From Octopus sinensis (lineage: Eukaryota), in contig NC_043001.1 in assembly GCF_006345805.1 (NCBI RefSeq), positions 1,302,001-1,366,000 on the forward strand: a DNA stretch of 64,000 bases, in the 5' to 3' direction. The notes beneath the pieces were generated by a model. That model did not search any database and was not told where the DNA came from. It saw only the letters and a list, made by a program, of their open reading frames with translations. Shown piece after piece: positions 12,983 through 26,039 of this stretch (positions within the stretch are counted from its first letter, which is position 1; each line of letters starts with the position of its first letter). The position numbers were made by a program, and so were the translations under genes.

Positions 12983-13619
12983 TATTATGAGACTTAATAG
13001 ATCTAATGATGAAAGCCACCGATTATAATTGACTTATCTATGTGGTTGCTCAACCTGCCAAAATTAGCAGTAAAATTTCTTATAAATTGCACCTTATTGT
13101 TTTAAAAAATATAAAATGCTTTTCAGATAAAAAGATTTGTACGACATTAATTTTAGAATTTTATTTATGCAAGAAAAAGTAGAAAACAAACAAACAAACA
13201 TAAATAACAAAGCACGAAACCCAGGAAGAGTTTTAGGTTTAGTTGAGGTTATTGACTTGTGTGTCAGGAACAAATTTGTTTTAACTTTGGGTTTTCTTTT
13301 TCATTTATCACGGATATTTATAATTGACACCAACATGGCGCTTAAAATAAATGTTTTTAGTTTTAAACAATTTACAGTAATTGTTGATATTACTTCTAAT
13401 TTAATGTTTCAGGGGAAAGTGTAAACAGTACAAAGTAACATACACATATATAAACACACACACACACACATATATATATGTCTAACAATATATATTGTAT
13501 ATGAAGGGTGTAGAGTCGGACCAATAACCAGCTGGTGGAGAATCTGCCTAGGGTTAAACTAGTAGTAACATGGAACAGCCACTTTGATGTGGCAACTGAC
13601 TTTACTTTATTGGTGTATG

Positions 13620-13657
<38 letters not shown>

Positions 13658-14549
13658 TATATTCCATATAAAAAGAGATGCTAGATAAAACATCAAATAT
13701 ATATTTTTTATACACACACACACACATGCTTACACTCACTATGGAATGTGCTACATAGAAAAATAGTAGTCAATAGGATTTGGTTTCCACAAAATTTTTA
13801 AAGGTATTTTTTAGAAATCAGCTATAAAAATATCTATAAAGGGTTTCAGCAATTAAATAGCTTAAGTGAAATCTATATATATTAATCTAAAATATTAAGA
13901 TTATGAAAGGGTCTCAGAAAATAACTATGAAATTTAAATTTTAGTGTAGTTAAGCATAAAGTATTATATTAAAATGTCTCGTTAAATCAAGACAAAGAGA
14001 TGTTCAACTAAAAACAAATCGATAAAATTAATGTCCTTTAACAGACAAATTAGACTATTTGATTGGTTAGTGAATACATCCTGCCCTTCTGAGGTTTTCA
14101 ACTAAATCAATTGGAGAAGTTTCGTTTTAGGATCCAGAAAACGAAACTACACTAGTCCGTAGAGATTGGCATAATAAAATGAAAGTAAAATAATGTTTCT
14201 CGTACTCAGTTAAATTTGGCAATGAAATGAAACTGGATGAATGCTTTTGTTTTGAAACTAAGAGCTCATTTTGAAAACATCTATGGCTGACCATATTACA
14301 CAACAAATACCTGTGGGAATTGTGGAAGACACCATTACCGTTGCTAAGCCAATTGAAAGGAATTATGTTATTATGAGATATTTGTATTAATACAATAAAC
14401 ATTGAAAGTGAAGTAACTTTCTTTCATTGTTGAGATTAATTAGCAGCAAGATTGTAACGAACCAATGTGTTTGGTGAATGTTCGTGAATTGTTTTGTAGA
14501 GCTTATGTTTTGGAGGGCAGCCCTTAAATATTTTCACCAGCGTTATCCT

Positions 14550-16226
14550 GTCTAATTTTTAATCCTGTCTGATTAAAAGGATCAAATAAAGTGAATTGAA
14601 AGCATTTGAACACAATTGGATTTTACAATTACCATTTTGTTACATCAGGTTTGTATTACTTTCATTTGATTTCAAAGAAAATTCTTTCCCTTTCATTTCA
14701 CTGTTGAGTTTCCAGCAAATAATGATTGCTGCCAACTTCAGTAGTTTCACTTTCTGAATCATTAGACGAAACATTGCCAATCAGCTTGCTCAATACAATT
14801 TTTGAAAAGGGAAAATGGAAGCTGTGCAATTTAGTTGTTGATTACTAAATTTAATAAGTCTAGTGGAAAAAGGCAAATATTTACAAGCATCAAGGCTAGT
14901 CTGGAAGATATATGGTTAAAAACAACCTCCACTGCATAGATATGGTGATACATTTATCAAAATGAATGTCAACCAGGTTATTAAATATTCTTCTTTGCAA
15001 CAGGGTTAGGTCTGGAATAATCTTACATCCTTTCCAGCATTTCTAACGTCATAAATTTAATTAAATGGGAATAGATAGCCAATATTCCTTAATCCAGCAA
15101 AACACCTATCTCTGATCTCTGTTAATTAGATGTCTTAAGGGGGAGAGAAGCCAAACTTCAGTAGCATATTCAAGTTTTGGGCAAATTCATATTTTCAATA
15201 TGTCAAGCTCTAAAAATTATTGCTGGAAGCCATTTCTTTGCAACTTTAAGACAAAATACTGACGCTTTAATTTATTTGAAAAATGTATTTTAAAGATCTC
15301 AACGATTTTGTCTGACAAGTAGAATACGAATATCATTTAGATAATATTTTGTAGAAAATATTTATTGTGACCTACTTTAAAGAAAATATTTTTCAATTCC
15401 TATACTGAGCGCTGCATCTGCCTCAATCGTCCATAAATCAGATTTTAAGGCTAAATTTTCGACATTTTTTTCATTTGGAAAAAACAATTCAATATCATCA
15501 TCATATGACATTTATGAATTTGAAATATGTATAATCTGTCGGCTATTTATATGAGCTGTAAATAAAGTGGGTCTTAGTAAACTACTTTGTGGCACTCTGC
15601 AAGTAATTTACACAAACAAATTGATGTCTATTATTTCAATAACTTCAGCAATTTAGTTGCTCCACCTGATGTTTTTAATTAATTTTACATATTAAACCCT
15701 ATCAAAGGCTTTAGAAACGTTCAGATAACTAATGTTATTTTATTATATAACAGTTTCATCCATTCATTTAAGCATTTTAATAGTTGACTTGCTGTTCATT
15801 TGTTTAGAGAAGAATCTAAACAGTAAATAAGATACAAAAAGCACCGATTCCTCTTCAGTTATTGATTCCACAACTTTACTAGCAAGACACACGAAATCTA
15901 ATAAGATGATAATTTTCAGTTTCTTTTAGAGATGTCTTTTTTTAGTGTAAAATACAGATTTTTAGATTTTCCTCTGACTGGGAATTGTTCCTGGTTGAAG
16001 AAAATAGTTAAATATTTTAAGTTGTGTTTCTGAAATAATTTTACCAAATTTTTACTTTCTACTCAGTGAGATACAATCTGGAGCAGACAACATTATTTGA
16101 TTCAATTTTTAAAACATTGCTGTTATTTTGCTGGTTTAAGAACTTGTTTTTCCTGCTGTGTCCTAAATTCATTAAGGGATGTTTCCCTTAAATTTTTAGT
16201 CAGCCATTTTGTACAAAAAAACCTAA
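14550..16226 (-). mobile_element. Degenerate CR1-clade LINE ORF2 (RT and C-terminus)
   Basis: Minus-strand motifs in the expected order: SAPDCIS (~16080), YLNVSKAFDRV (~15710), VPQSSLLRPTLF (~15580), YDDDIEL (~15500), ICPKLEYATEVW (~15165). Many stops and frameshifts; 3' boundary approximate. Confidence 0.85.
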
Positions 16227-16272
16227 TGTTATGTATTGCTTTTTCCTTGAGACAAAAATATTTATACATTTA
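15804..16272 (+). repeat. Direct duplication, copy 1 (copy 2 at 24021-24486)
   Basis: ttagaNaagaatctaaacagtaaataagat...catttA is shared, with about 10 differences in about 470 bp counted by eye, including one 3-bp indel. Confidence 0.95.
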
Positions 16273-16450
16273 GTGATTAACCTTTTGTATTCTCACCAAT
16301 TTTTTTTTGTAAAACTGTTTTCACACAGCCTAGACATAATAACATAGATATATGGTAGCTTGTATAAAACATATGGTTTAGTGTGTGTTTGTGTACTTTA
16401 TTCACCAATGTGGTGTTAATCACTCTTTCTCATCATTTGCAATTTATATA
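16227..16450 (-). mobile_element. Putative 3' LTR edge of the Gypsy element
   Basis: Starts tgttatgt exactly where CR1 homology stops. Similar to 24441-24550, with high identity for about 45 bp and then visibly diverged. Confidence 0.4.
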
Positions 16451-16454
16451 TCAG

Positions 16455-17330
16455 AACTTCGAACATCACCAAACACTGGTTTAAAGCAGACAAAACAAAA
16501 AAAAATATTTATGAAGTAAACAACCACACACACAACAAATTACCAACCGACAGCATAACTAAAAGGAACTAGGAAACAAACAGCCACCACTCATAATTCA
16601 ATTGATGTAGAATCAGAAACTTTAGTCACAAGGTTTAAAGTAGAAAATAGAGTAGAAAAGTTTACCTCATGAAACCCTTTTATAACCCTGAAAGAACATA
16701 AAGAAAATTTCATGCAAATCCCTAGCTGTAGATTAATAAATCCCACAAAAAGTGAAATAGGAATTATTAGTGAATCCATATTAGATAATATCATATGACA
16801 TATCGGATAAACCCAAATGCAAATTTATCCAGTTTGACATCATGAAGTTTTACCCTTCGATCTCCAAAAGCTTGCTCTAAAAGTTGCTTGAATTTTGAAA
16901 GGCATATATTATCATAACAAACACTGATATAAACATGAATGCAGCGAAGTTATTACATTTCCATAATAATTCCTATTGGGTAAAAAGGAATCGGGGTGAG
17001 CTATTTGATGTGGCAATGGGGAGCTATGACAGAGCAGAGATATCTGGCCTTGTAGGCTCCTATATCCTTGACAGTCTTAGAAAATAAATAAAAGAAGCTA
17101 ACATGGGTTTATTTAAGGAAAATGGCCAAGGGGTAATACACAATAAAAACAGACATGGTATGGATAGGATGAGGGAAAAGCTATGCAAAATATTTAGCCA
17201 ATTAGGTCTAAAAACCACAATTAGCACCAACTTAAAGAAGCAAACCTCCTAGATATTGACATAAGCCTTAGCACGTGCAAATTTAAACCCTACCACAAAC
17301 AAGAAAGCCTTGAAAAATTGTTAAGATATT
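16455..17330 (+). mobile_element. Penelope-like element RT fragment (pseudogenised)
   Basis: Plus strand: [86 protein letters not shown]. These are Penelope-type RT motifs of the GSYDGAE subtype. Confidence 0.85.
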
Positions 17331-17570
17331 AAAATAATTTATATAAAATGAAACCAATGGTAGTCTTAATACAGAAATAAAGAAATTTTATCCACCAATG
17401 CTGTGTTGATCACTCATTCTCGTCATTTGAAATTTACATATATATTACACGCACACTCACATAAATACATATATGGCTTACTGACTGTGTGCATGGTAGC
17501 TTATAAAAAAAGTAGTTTAGTGTATGTATATATATATATGGTAGTTTATATATGATCTATATGTAGTCAG

Positions 17571-17970
17571 CTGGAGCCAGTAGTTCTTGACTGAGGGGAT
17601 GGTAAAAAGCCAAATGGCATTTTAATTTTCCCATTCTGCAGTGGTAGGCCCCTCAGCTAGGATTCCACATGCCGTGCCATTCACTCCAGCAGTAACCTGG
17701 TGTATTCAGCTGCTATTTCAGGCTTTGTCACACCAAGAAAAGCAAACTGTCAAAGTACTGGCCTCTTTCTGACAGATTTGCGATTGTGGTAGTGGAGACC
17801 TTTGACTTTCTAGGCCCTGTGAACCACATCCCTGCTTATCACTATTGAGTTGGAGGTGGCCATCTGCAAGTGTGGGTGCCATGAGGCAGTATGGCTGTCC
17901 CAGTGCATCTTCCTCACCATCCCCTGGGGCAAGATCTTTCCCATTTTGTCTGCTGCGACCATGAGGCAGA
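17571..17970 (+). mobile_element. CRE-clade non-LTR retrotransposon 3' end (restriction-like endonuclease relic)
   Basis: LEPVVLD*GDGKKPNGILIFPFCSGRPLS*DSTC, then FAIVVVETFDFLGP, then WLSQCIFLTIPWGK. Matches the CRE pattern LEPxGLxRxDGKRPDG..PW..G..LxWDxTC..AVET.G..QR.S.AIQRGN. Confidence 0.75.
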
Positions 17971-18019
17971 TTGAAAAGCCCTTTTAGATATTGCTTCTTA
18001 CCTACCAACCAATCATAAT

Positions 18020-19920
18020 TTCATAATAGAGCAATCCTTATTGAACTATTTTGAAGGTAGTAAGGTGATACAGCACAGTGGCCTAAAAATGGAGTTGTGA
18101 TAGAAGCCTGAAGTGATGATAAAGAAATCCCATATATAACATGAATACTATGTGTAGCTTTTTCATGGCCTCTGAACCTATTCTGCCAAATACATTCACA
18201 CAGGATGTTGATAAAGCACCACTTGTTCCACATTATTTCTTGAGTAACTCCTTGGCAAGCATCCATCATCCTTTGATAGTATATGTATGGATGTTCTCAT
18301 AATTGGATTAACAAAATTTAAAGTATGATTCACAACATTGCAACTAATATAAGTGGCCTAAACTAACATAGGAAACCTATTCATCGATATCAAACACGTC
18401 CCTGACTCTATCCATTGCAATCTAATGAACCAAAGTATTACACACATATGAATGGGTGTCTCAGTCAGGTGGTGTCCCCATTTGTACTGCATCAAACACC
18501 CAGTTCCCCTTATGTTGTTTACCTGGGGATATTTCCAAGGCATTCTTCTGAATATATATGATTTCACTATCACCACTTTCAGAGCAAATTACTTTCACTT
18601 TTTTACAATGCTAAACTACATGCTAATTAATTATACGAACACAATAATAATGATAATATTAATAACAATGATAATAATGATTATGATAAGCACCTTGAAA
18701 ATAGATTAGAGCAGATGAGAGGAATCTGGCTGTATTATCTTATATCATGGTTAACGAGAGTATTTCCCAAAGCCATAAGCCTTCCCACTGTTTTCCCATT
18801 ATCTTAACTACAATTTTATTAAAAAGTCCCATGTAATAGCAATTTTATTAAAAAGCCCCATGTAATAGCAATTTTGACAATAATTGGTTGAAAGAATTTA
18901 GTTGGTAGAAAATATTGAATATTTAGAAACTTTTATTTGTTCTACCACTTTAATGGCAAATCCTTCAAGAACTGTAATTTAGGTCAGGGCTGATACAAAA
19001 AGATCCCATTACAGTGGTATATCAGAGGAGATCAGTGTCTCCTACTCCAATGACACAAAACCATGCCATTCTATTTTGTTATCTCATTAGTCCAAGACAA
19101 ACTGACTGATTTCATAATGAACAAAATATTGATTGAGACAAATACCAACTTCATTATCCAGTTGATCTCCAAATGTCTTGGAAACTTGCTGGCAGTTGAA
19201 GTAGCAGCAAAGTATTTCCAATCCCACGAAACTATATTAGCTGTAAAGTTTATATCAAAAATTTAATCAATAAAATGATTGTTAGCAAAATTGATATCAA
19301 TGTCTTTCCTGTCATCTAAACTTAAACCAAATAAACAGAACCTATTAAAAACCATGGCTTTATCGGAATCATCAAGAATCAATTGATTAACCATTAGAAA
19401 CTCGTAGAGGTACCTTTTCTTTTGCTACAACAAACCCAGATTTAATATATTTCACGAGCTTTTTTTATCTGATTTAGAATTTTAAATATATGTCATTCTT
19501 AAAAATATCTCAGTTTCTTAATTTTCTTGCTACACAAAATTATTTTTGTGCTAACAAACTTGAGGAATTATCTTCTATTGTTAGTGAAGACATTTTGTTT
19601 CCTATGTCAATGAAGTCCTCCAAGAAATATTTTTGAAATATTTTGCTTCCTCTCTAAAGAGTCAAGTTTATTATTCTTTCCTCACAATGGTTTTAGGAAG
19701 TCTTAAAGATTTTAAATCATCTTCATTTGATTAAACACGACCATTTCTCAGCACCCTTTCCAATCCTAACAGTCTCAACTCATATAAAAAAGGTTTCTTT
19801 AATAACTTTGTATAGTGAAGGACCAGTCTTCATGTTATAGAAAATACTAATTTTAGATGATCTGTGTAATAGTATCAATCCAAACTAGTTGAATGATGAT
19901 AAATAAATTGTTATGAAAGT
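18020..19920 (-). mobile_element. Second, older CR1/L2-like LINE ORF2 relic
   Basis: Minus strand DDSDKAMVFNRF (~19360) and DNGKTV...VNHDI (~18770) resemble the LINE linker and RT start. Heavily degraded. Confidence 0.5.
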
Positions 19921-19929
19921 AAATTTTTG

Positions 19930-22900
19930 TCAATCCCAGTATTGTTTTCCATTTTTATATGCCCTCATGTACACCTTATCACCAACTTTGAAAAATTTTG
20001 GATGGTTTTCCTGATACTTTTTCTTTCTTCACCAAGTAACAGTTTATCAAAAACTGTTTTCACCTTCCTCGTGACCATCAGTTCTGCTGGTGAGCTTCCT
20101 GCTGGTGTCACCCTGTATATCTTTAGGAATTGCTGCACAGCGACTTCGTCTGTGACTTCCTTGTTTGCTTTTCACAAAGTTCTTTTAAAAATGTCCACAA
20201 AATGCTCTGCATGTCTAATTGATCTGGAATGGTAAAGTTCTATCATGTTATGTTCTACCGCAAATATTTCACAGAATCTTCTAAATTCTCTGGACACAAA
20301 TTCTGTTCCATTATCAGATACAATCACATCTGGGATTCCAAATTTTGTGAATAATTCATGCAAAATATTTATTACAATTGTGGCAGTTGGTCCTCTGCAC
20401 TTAAAAATTTCCGGCCATTTCATAAAATTGTCAACAACTACTAAGAAGTAATAACCATTTAACGGACTTACAACAAAACCGATGTTTGGTCTTCTCCATG
20501 GATCTTTTACTTCTGGTCAAGGCTCCCATTTCTGAGTTGGCAATTTTGCTGCCAGAGCACATCCTTTGCAGTCTTTTACTTTGTTTTCAAACTTCCTTGT
20601 CCAGCTTCGGCCAATACACATAACTGTGCATAGGCGCTTTCATCCTTGCAATGTCCAATATGGAATTCTTTCAACATTCTTTCTTGTAGAGTCTCAGGTA
20701 TAACTATCATTTGGCCATACATTAGTATGGCATCACGTGTCGAATATATGCTTACCTGTAGCTGTTTTTTCTAACCGAACCCATTTTCGTTTTCTTTGGC
20801 TGACCACTGAGTTTTTGGTTTCATTAATGAACTTAACTTTTGATGCCCGTCACTTTATCTCCTCTGGAGTTGTTGGTGACTTTCGTACAATGTTTCACAC
20901 TGTGTGTTTAATTTCCCCTTTGGCCCTTAGGGCTGCTATTTACTGTGTCCGTGAATGGTTCGCCATTTCTGGGTATTAACGTGAATAGGCCGTCAACACG
21001 TCCTAGCTTTTTCGAAGATAAATATTTCATTGTGCAGTTGTAGTTTACTAGTATGGAACCTCACTGCTGCAACCTCTTTGCTCTATGTACTGACATTTCT
21101 TTCTTGGATCCATAAATCATTAGCAACAGGCGATGGTCTGTTTGTAGACTAGACCGTCTACCATATATAAAGCTGTGGATTTTTTTATGCTGAGTATAAT
21201 CACCAATGCCTCTTTTTCAATTTGGCTATAATTCTTTCCCGCTGGGAATAGTGTCCTTTGACGCATGAATTAAGGTCTTTTGGCTGCTATCTTCACATTT
21301 GTGTAGCTGCACGACACCTACTCTGTGCTCACTAACATATCTTACTAGTATCGTTTCCAATTTCGGATTGAAGTGCTTAAGTGACAAGTCTGAAGTTGAC
21401 ATGCTTTTTCATTCCTCAAATGCTTTCTGGCATTTTTCTGACCAAAACCATTTGGTATCCTTGTTTAACAGTTCCTTTAGTGGAGCTCTTGCATTGTGTG
21501 TGTTTGGGATATATACTTGACACTGGTTTACCAAGCCTAAAAATGCTTGTAACAATTTGACGCTCTTTGTCGGAGGCATATTCCATATTGCTGTTGCCCT
21601 TTATGGGTCTGGCCTTCTTCCCTTTCATCAATTACGGGACAAAAATATTTGATTTTTTTCCATCAAAAATTCACTTTTCCTCTATTAGTCTAAACACATT
21701 CATTTATTTTTCCGAATACTTTTTGATATGTTGCTCCACTGTCTCGCTCCATATCAAAATATCATAGAGATAAACGATAGCAAAGTCGCAATCATTTAAC
21801 ATTACATCTGTTACCTGTTGGAATATGGCAGGTTCCACTTTTACTCCAAAAGGAAGCCTCTTGAATTTATACAATCCACAGTGTGCGTTGATTGTTAAAA
21901 GGTGTGTGCAATCATCCTCTACCTATATTTGTAGGTAGGTCTCTGAGAGATCTAACTTCAAGAAAAATTTTCTTCCATTTAGATTTGAGAACAGTTCTGG
22001 GTTCGGTAATGGATAATTGTGTTCAAATAAACAGTCATTTAATCCAGTCGAAAAGTCTACACACACTCTTAGTTTCTTATTTTTTTATTTTACACAAACC
22101 ATTGTAACTGCTCAATCTGAATGGTTGACTTTTTCAATTATAGCTAGACTTTCTAGTCTTTCCAACACTTTATTGACATGGTCTAATGCTGCAAATGCCA
22201 TGCTCTGTTTGGGCCTAAAAACGGGTTTTGCTTTTTCTTTTACTGTGATCCTCACTTTTGTTTTAGTGCAACAGCTGAATCCTTCCAAAAAAACATTTGG
22301 AAACAACTTTTTAAATTTTGGTCTCAGTTGTTTGACTTAATTCAAACTTTTGACTGAGTCGACTACATTTTCACTGGGAACATTAAGGGGCGGGGGGGGG
22401 GTATCCCACATTTTAAATAACCCCATACATCAAGTGCCAAATAGGCTTAAGGATTTTTTTAAAAACATAAATGATTGTCCTTTTTTTATTTTCACCTCAA
22501 AAAAGTTACATTGCAAATACATTCGCCAATGAAATAGAATTTCTTTCCTCAAACATCATATGCTATTTTATTTGATTGAAATAATTTCGACTTATTCATT
22601 TATCGCCATGTTTCTTCATTTATGATAGTGATGTCACTACTTGAGTCTAATTGCATTTTGACACTAGCGGTTTTGATTCTCACCTTGATGAATTTTCTGT
22701 TCATTGTGCAAACTTTTTTCTCTGATGACAAACTATTCCTTATTTCTCATTTGGTCCAATCTTTAGTCATCTTAGTTCTGCAGTGTGATTGATGTGTCCT
22801 GTGTTCCCACAATGAAAACATTTTGCTTTTTTGAATAGACCCTCTTTTCTCCGGTGCCTACCACCGTGTGCCATACACGAGTTTATCTCCTGTTGTAAAT

Positions 22901-23757
22901 CGTGTTTTTGTGAAACACTTTATCTGTCTTCCGATCCTTCCACACTGGTCTTATCTGTAAACAATCTCTGCATAGGATTTCTTCTGTGCTGTGCTTTACT
23001 TTTAATATCATATTGCACTCTTCTGACAGTTTCTGGAAAGATATATCCTGGTTCATTTCTAGCTTTCTGAGAATTTTCGTTTTGACTTCTGCAGCCTTTT
23101 TCGCAGTAAGTCCCTGAGAAAAAAAAATCAGACATTTGAACGAGTCTGTTGTTAGTTGATCTCTCACGCACTCTCTTCACTCTACATGTGGTAAAGTCTT
23201 CATCAGTGCGTTTCTCAGTGTTCAAATGATGTTTTTCACTGAACATCATATATAAAATGTCAGTTGTGTCCGTGAAATTTATGTCAGAAAATTTTTTTAG
23301 GTAATATAAAGTTACAGTATTTCTCATGCTTTACCATCGCCAATTTCCTTAGAATTAGACGAATTTTCATTTCGTCCATCCAGTCTTGGAATTCTTTTTC
23401 GAAAATTTGTTCAAATCTTCAAATAATATGCCTCAAAAGTGATTCCTTCTTCCGGGTCATATTTAAATTCATTTATTGAATTTGTTTTATGGTTTGGCGA
23501 AAACGTATTTTCCAGTTTTGTTACCAACTTCATTAGTTGTAGCATTTGTTGCTGTTCTTTCAGTTCTTCTTGTTGTTGTTGTAATTCAACCAAACCCTCT
23601 AACAAGTTTACCATGATTCTATGGATTTTTCGTAAATCATTCACAACAAAAAAGTTTGTTGAGTTTTGAATGTTGTCCGCATGAATTGTTTATTTTCTAA
23701 TGAAAAAAGTTACGTTTCAACATTGCATGAATTGCTTATATCCTCATCGTCACTGTT
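19930..23757 (-). mobile_element. Ty3/Gypsy (Mag-like) LTR retrotransposon internal region, pseudogenised gag-pol
   Basis: In order on the minus strand: gag EFKYDPEEGITFEAY (~23450), Zn knuckle KCFHCGNTGH (~22810), protease QLDSSSDITII (~22640), RT GLYKFKRLPFGVK and VYLYDIL (21760-21890), RNase H YSQIEKEAL and TDHR (21110-21235), integrase YVYWPKLDKE and FGIPDVIVSDNGTEF. Truncated at YKNGKQYWD. Confidence 0.93.
23740..23756 (-). promoter_or_regulatory. Decayed primer-binding site of the Gypsy element with LTR-terminal ACA
   Basis: Minus strand ACA-GTGACGATGAGGAT just upstream of gag, two transitions from the Mag-type ACA-GTGGCGACGAG junction. Confidence 0.7.
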
Positions 23758-24020
23758 CCAATGTATGGCCATCGTCTGCATGGATGTTATTGTCGGCACT
23801 GTAATATTCTTGTCACCAGTTTTATGTTGTGGCTGTATTCAAATGATTTCCACAGCCACTCTAGTCTTAATCTGTGAATTTGTTGCACAACTGGACAGTG
23901 ATCCGAATATATTCCAGAAGGTGGTGGAAGACTTTGGGTATTAGGAAGTAAGTACTTTGGAGATTGACACTGGATTTGAATGATAGAACGATGGAAGTCT
24001 GTTCTCATCTGCTTGAAACA
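23758..24020 (-). mobile_element. Possible LINE AP-endonuclease C-terminal fragment
   Basis: ORF 23787-24008 contains YSDHCPVV, the SDH motif that closes APE domains. Single motif only. Confidence 0.4.
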
Positions 24021-24486
24021 TTAGATAAGAATCTAAACAGTAAATAAGATATAAAAAGCACCGATTCCTCTTCAGTTATTGATTCCACAACTTTACTAGC
24101 AAGACACACGAAATCTAATAAGATGATAATTTTCAGTTTCTTTTAGAGATGTCTTTTTTTAGTGTAAAATACAGATTTTTAGATTTTCTTCTGACTGGGA
24201 ATTGTTCCTGGTTGAAGAAAATAGTTAAATATTTTAAGTTGTGTTTCTGAAATAATTTTACCAAATTTTTGCTTTCTACTCAGTGAGATACAATCTGGAG
24301 CAGACAACATTATTTGATTCAATTTTTAAAACATTGCTGTTATTTTGCTGGTTTAAGAACTTGTTTTTCCTGCAGTGTCCTAAATTCATTAATGGATGTT
24401 TCCCTTAAATTTTTAGTCAGCCATTTTGTACAAAAAAACCTGTTATGTATTGCTTTTTCCCTGAGACAAAAGTATTTACACATTTA
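24021..24486 (+). repeat. Direct duplication, copy 2 of 15804-16272
   Basis: Offset 8217 bp at the start and 8214 bp after the 3-bp indel (acctaatgtt versus acctgtt). Confidence 0.95.
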
Positions 24487-24608
24487 ATAACGAACCTTTT
24501 ATATGCTCATCAATTATTTTTATAAAATTGCTTTCCCACACTTCAGAGACAATATATGCGTGCGTCTGTGTGTGTGTATGTTTATATAAATAAAAAAATA
24601 TATATAAA

Positions 24609-24787
24609 GGGTGGCGAGCTGGCAGAATCGTTAGCACACCAAGCAAAATGCTTAGTGACATTTCAAAATCCGCTGCGTTTGACTTTGCCTTTCATCCTTT
24701 CGAGGTTGATTAAATAAATACCAGTTATGCACTGAGGTCGATGTAATCGACTTAATCCCTTTGTCTGTCCTTGGTTGTCCCAGAAAT
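24609..24787 (+). mobile_element. tRNA-derived SINE family B
   Basis: ggtggcgagctggcagaatcgttagcac...gactttgcctttcatcctttcgaggttgattaaataaataccag...gtcgatgtaatcgactt; homologous to 42722-42957 with an internal deletion. Confidence 0.85.
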
Positions 24788-24807
24788 ATGTATGTATATA
24801 TATATAT

Positions 24808-25937
24808 TGTTACGGTTGGCTAAGTGCATTTCGGGTTTAATTAGTGTAGTGTTTCTGTTGACCCACATAGGAATAATGGCACCATCATGTCTGGTGAAAA
24901 TGTGACAGGTTCTTGTTTAATGGGTTTTGGAAGGACCTTTGCCCTTGTGCCGGTCGAGAAAGGGTCAGTGAAGAAGTGAAGAGGAAGACAGATTAAGGGA
25001 ATCTGAGAGCAGATAGAGATAGAGTATAAGCAGTAGGGGACGGATGGAGAGGCTAAGAGACAGCAGGCGATATAGATAGGGTATAGGGACCAGGGCAGTT
25101 AGAAAGGGTAAGAGCGATATAGACAGAGGGAGATGAGGGAGTGGAAGAAGGACAGAGACGAAGTGAGGTCTTGGCAGTCGTTGAGCGGTCGTCGAGGAAC
25201 ACAGACGGATCTTGGAGTTGGAGTCGGTCGTCGAAGAAGGACAGTCGGATTCTGGAAATCAGAGCGAGTAGGTGGAAACTTAGGAGCAAGCAAGTTGGGA
25301 TGCAGGAGTTTGGCAGGCTGGATTTAGCAGTATTGAGAGATGAGTGCAGAATGGGACACTGGCGATTCAGTTAGGAATTAAGGTATGTGATTGTGTATTG
25401 ATACGTGTCACGATGTAAAAGAAAAGAAGAGAAAGAAGAGAGAAAAAGAAGGACTCTGTCGATGTAGTCGATAAAGAACATTGTGAATTGAGTAAAGGAC
25501 TTGTTGAATTGTAACGTGAATTGTTGTGATACGAACATTGTATAATGTATCGAAGTGTTCTGATTGGACTGTGACGTATCGTGAACATTATTTGATCTGG
25601 ACTTGTTGTGTCGTTACTGAACACTGTTATATTGTTACATGCATGTTGTTAAATGCTTTGATCTGTGGTATACCGTATGATGTATTGATTTGTTGTTTGC
25701 CTTAAATGCTTTGATGTTGTAACAATTGTAATTGTCGTATAAACTGTTGTTTGAATATAAGCCAGTGTTGCCAGTTGTTGCCTTGCCTCTTTGGGTTGTA
25801 TCTCGGGTTGTGCCTCTGTATCTCTGTGCTATTGAGGTTGTGGCAGTATCTATCTGTATCTCCTCTCTCCGCCTCTTTGGGTTCCGTGGCGGAACTTGTG
25901 TGAGCCGTTCGGGACGGGCGATGACGGGTGATTCCGT

Positions 25938-25941
<4 letters not shown>
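24808..25941. mobile_element. Solo LTR (1134 bp) inserted in a TA tract
   Basis: Begins TGTTACGG and ends CCGTAACA (8-bp terminal inverted repeat, TG...CA). Flanked by ATAT on both sides, CpG-rich, no coding motifs. Confidence 0.8.
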
Positions 25942-26015
<74 letters not shown>

Positions 26016-26039
26016 ATATATATATGTATGTATATATAC

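Noticed and set aside
15804-16226. The 470-bp direct repeats as the LTR pair of the Gypsy element
   Set aside because: Most of the repeat is CR1 ORF2 sequence, it lacks TG...CA ends, and it is far more identical than the decayed internal region allows.
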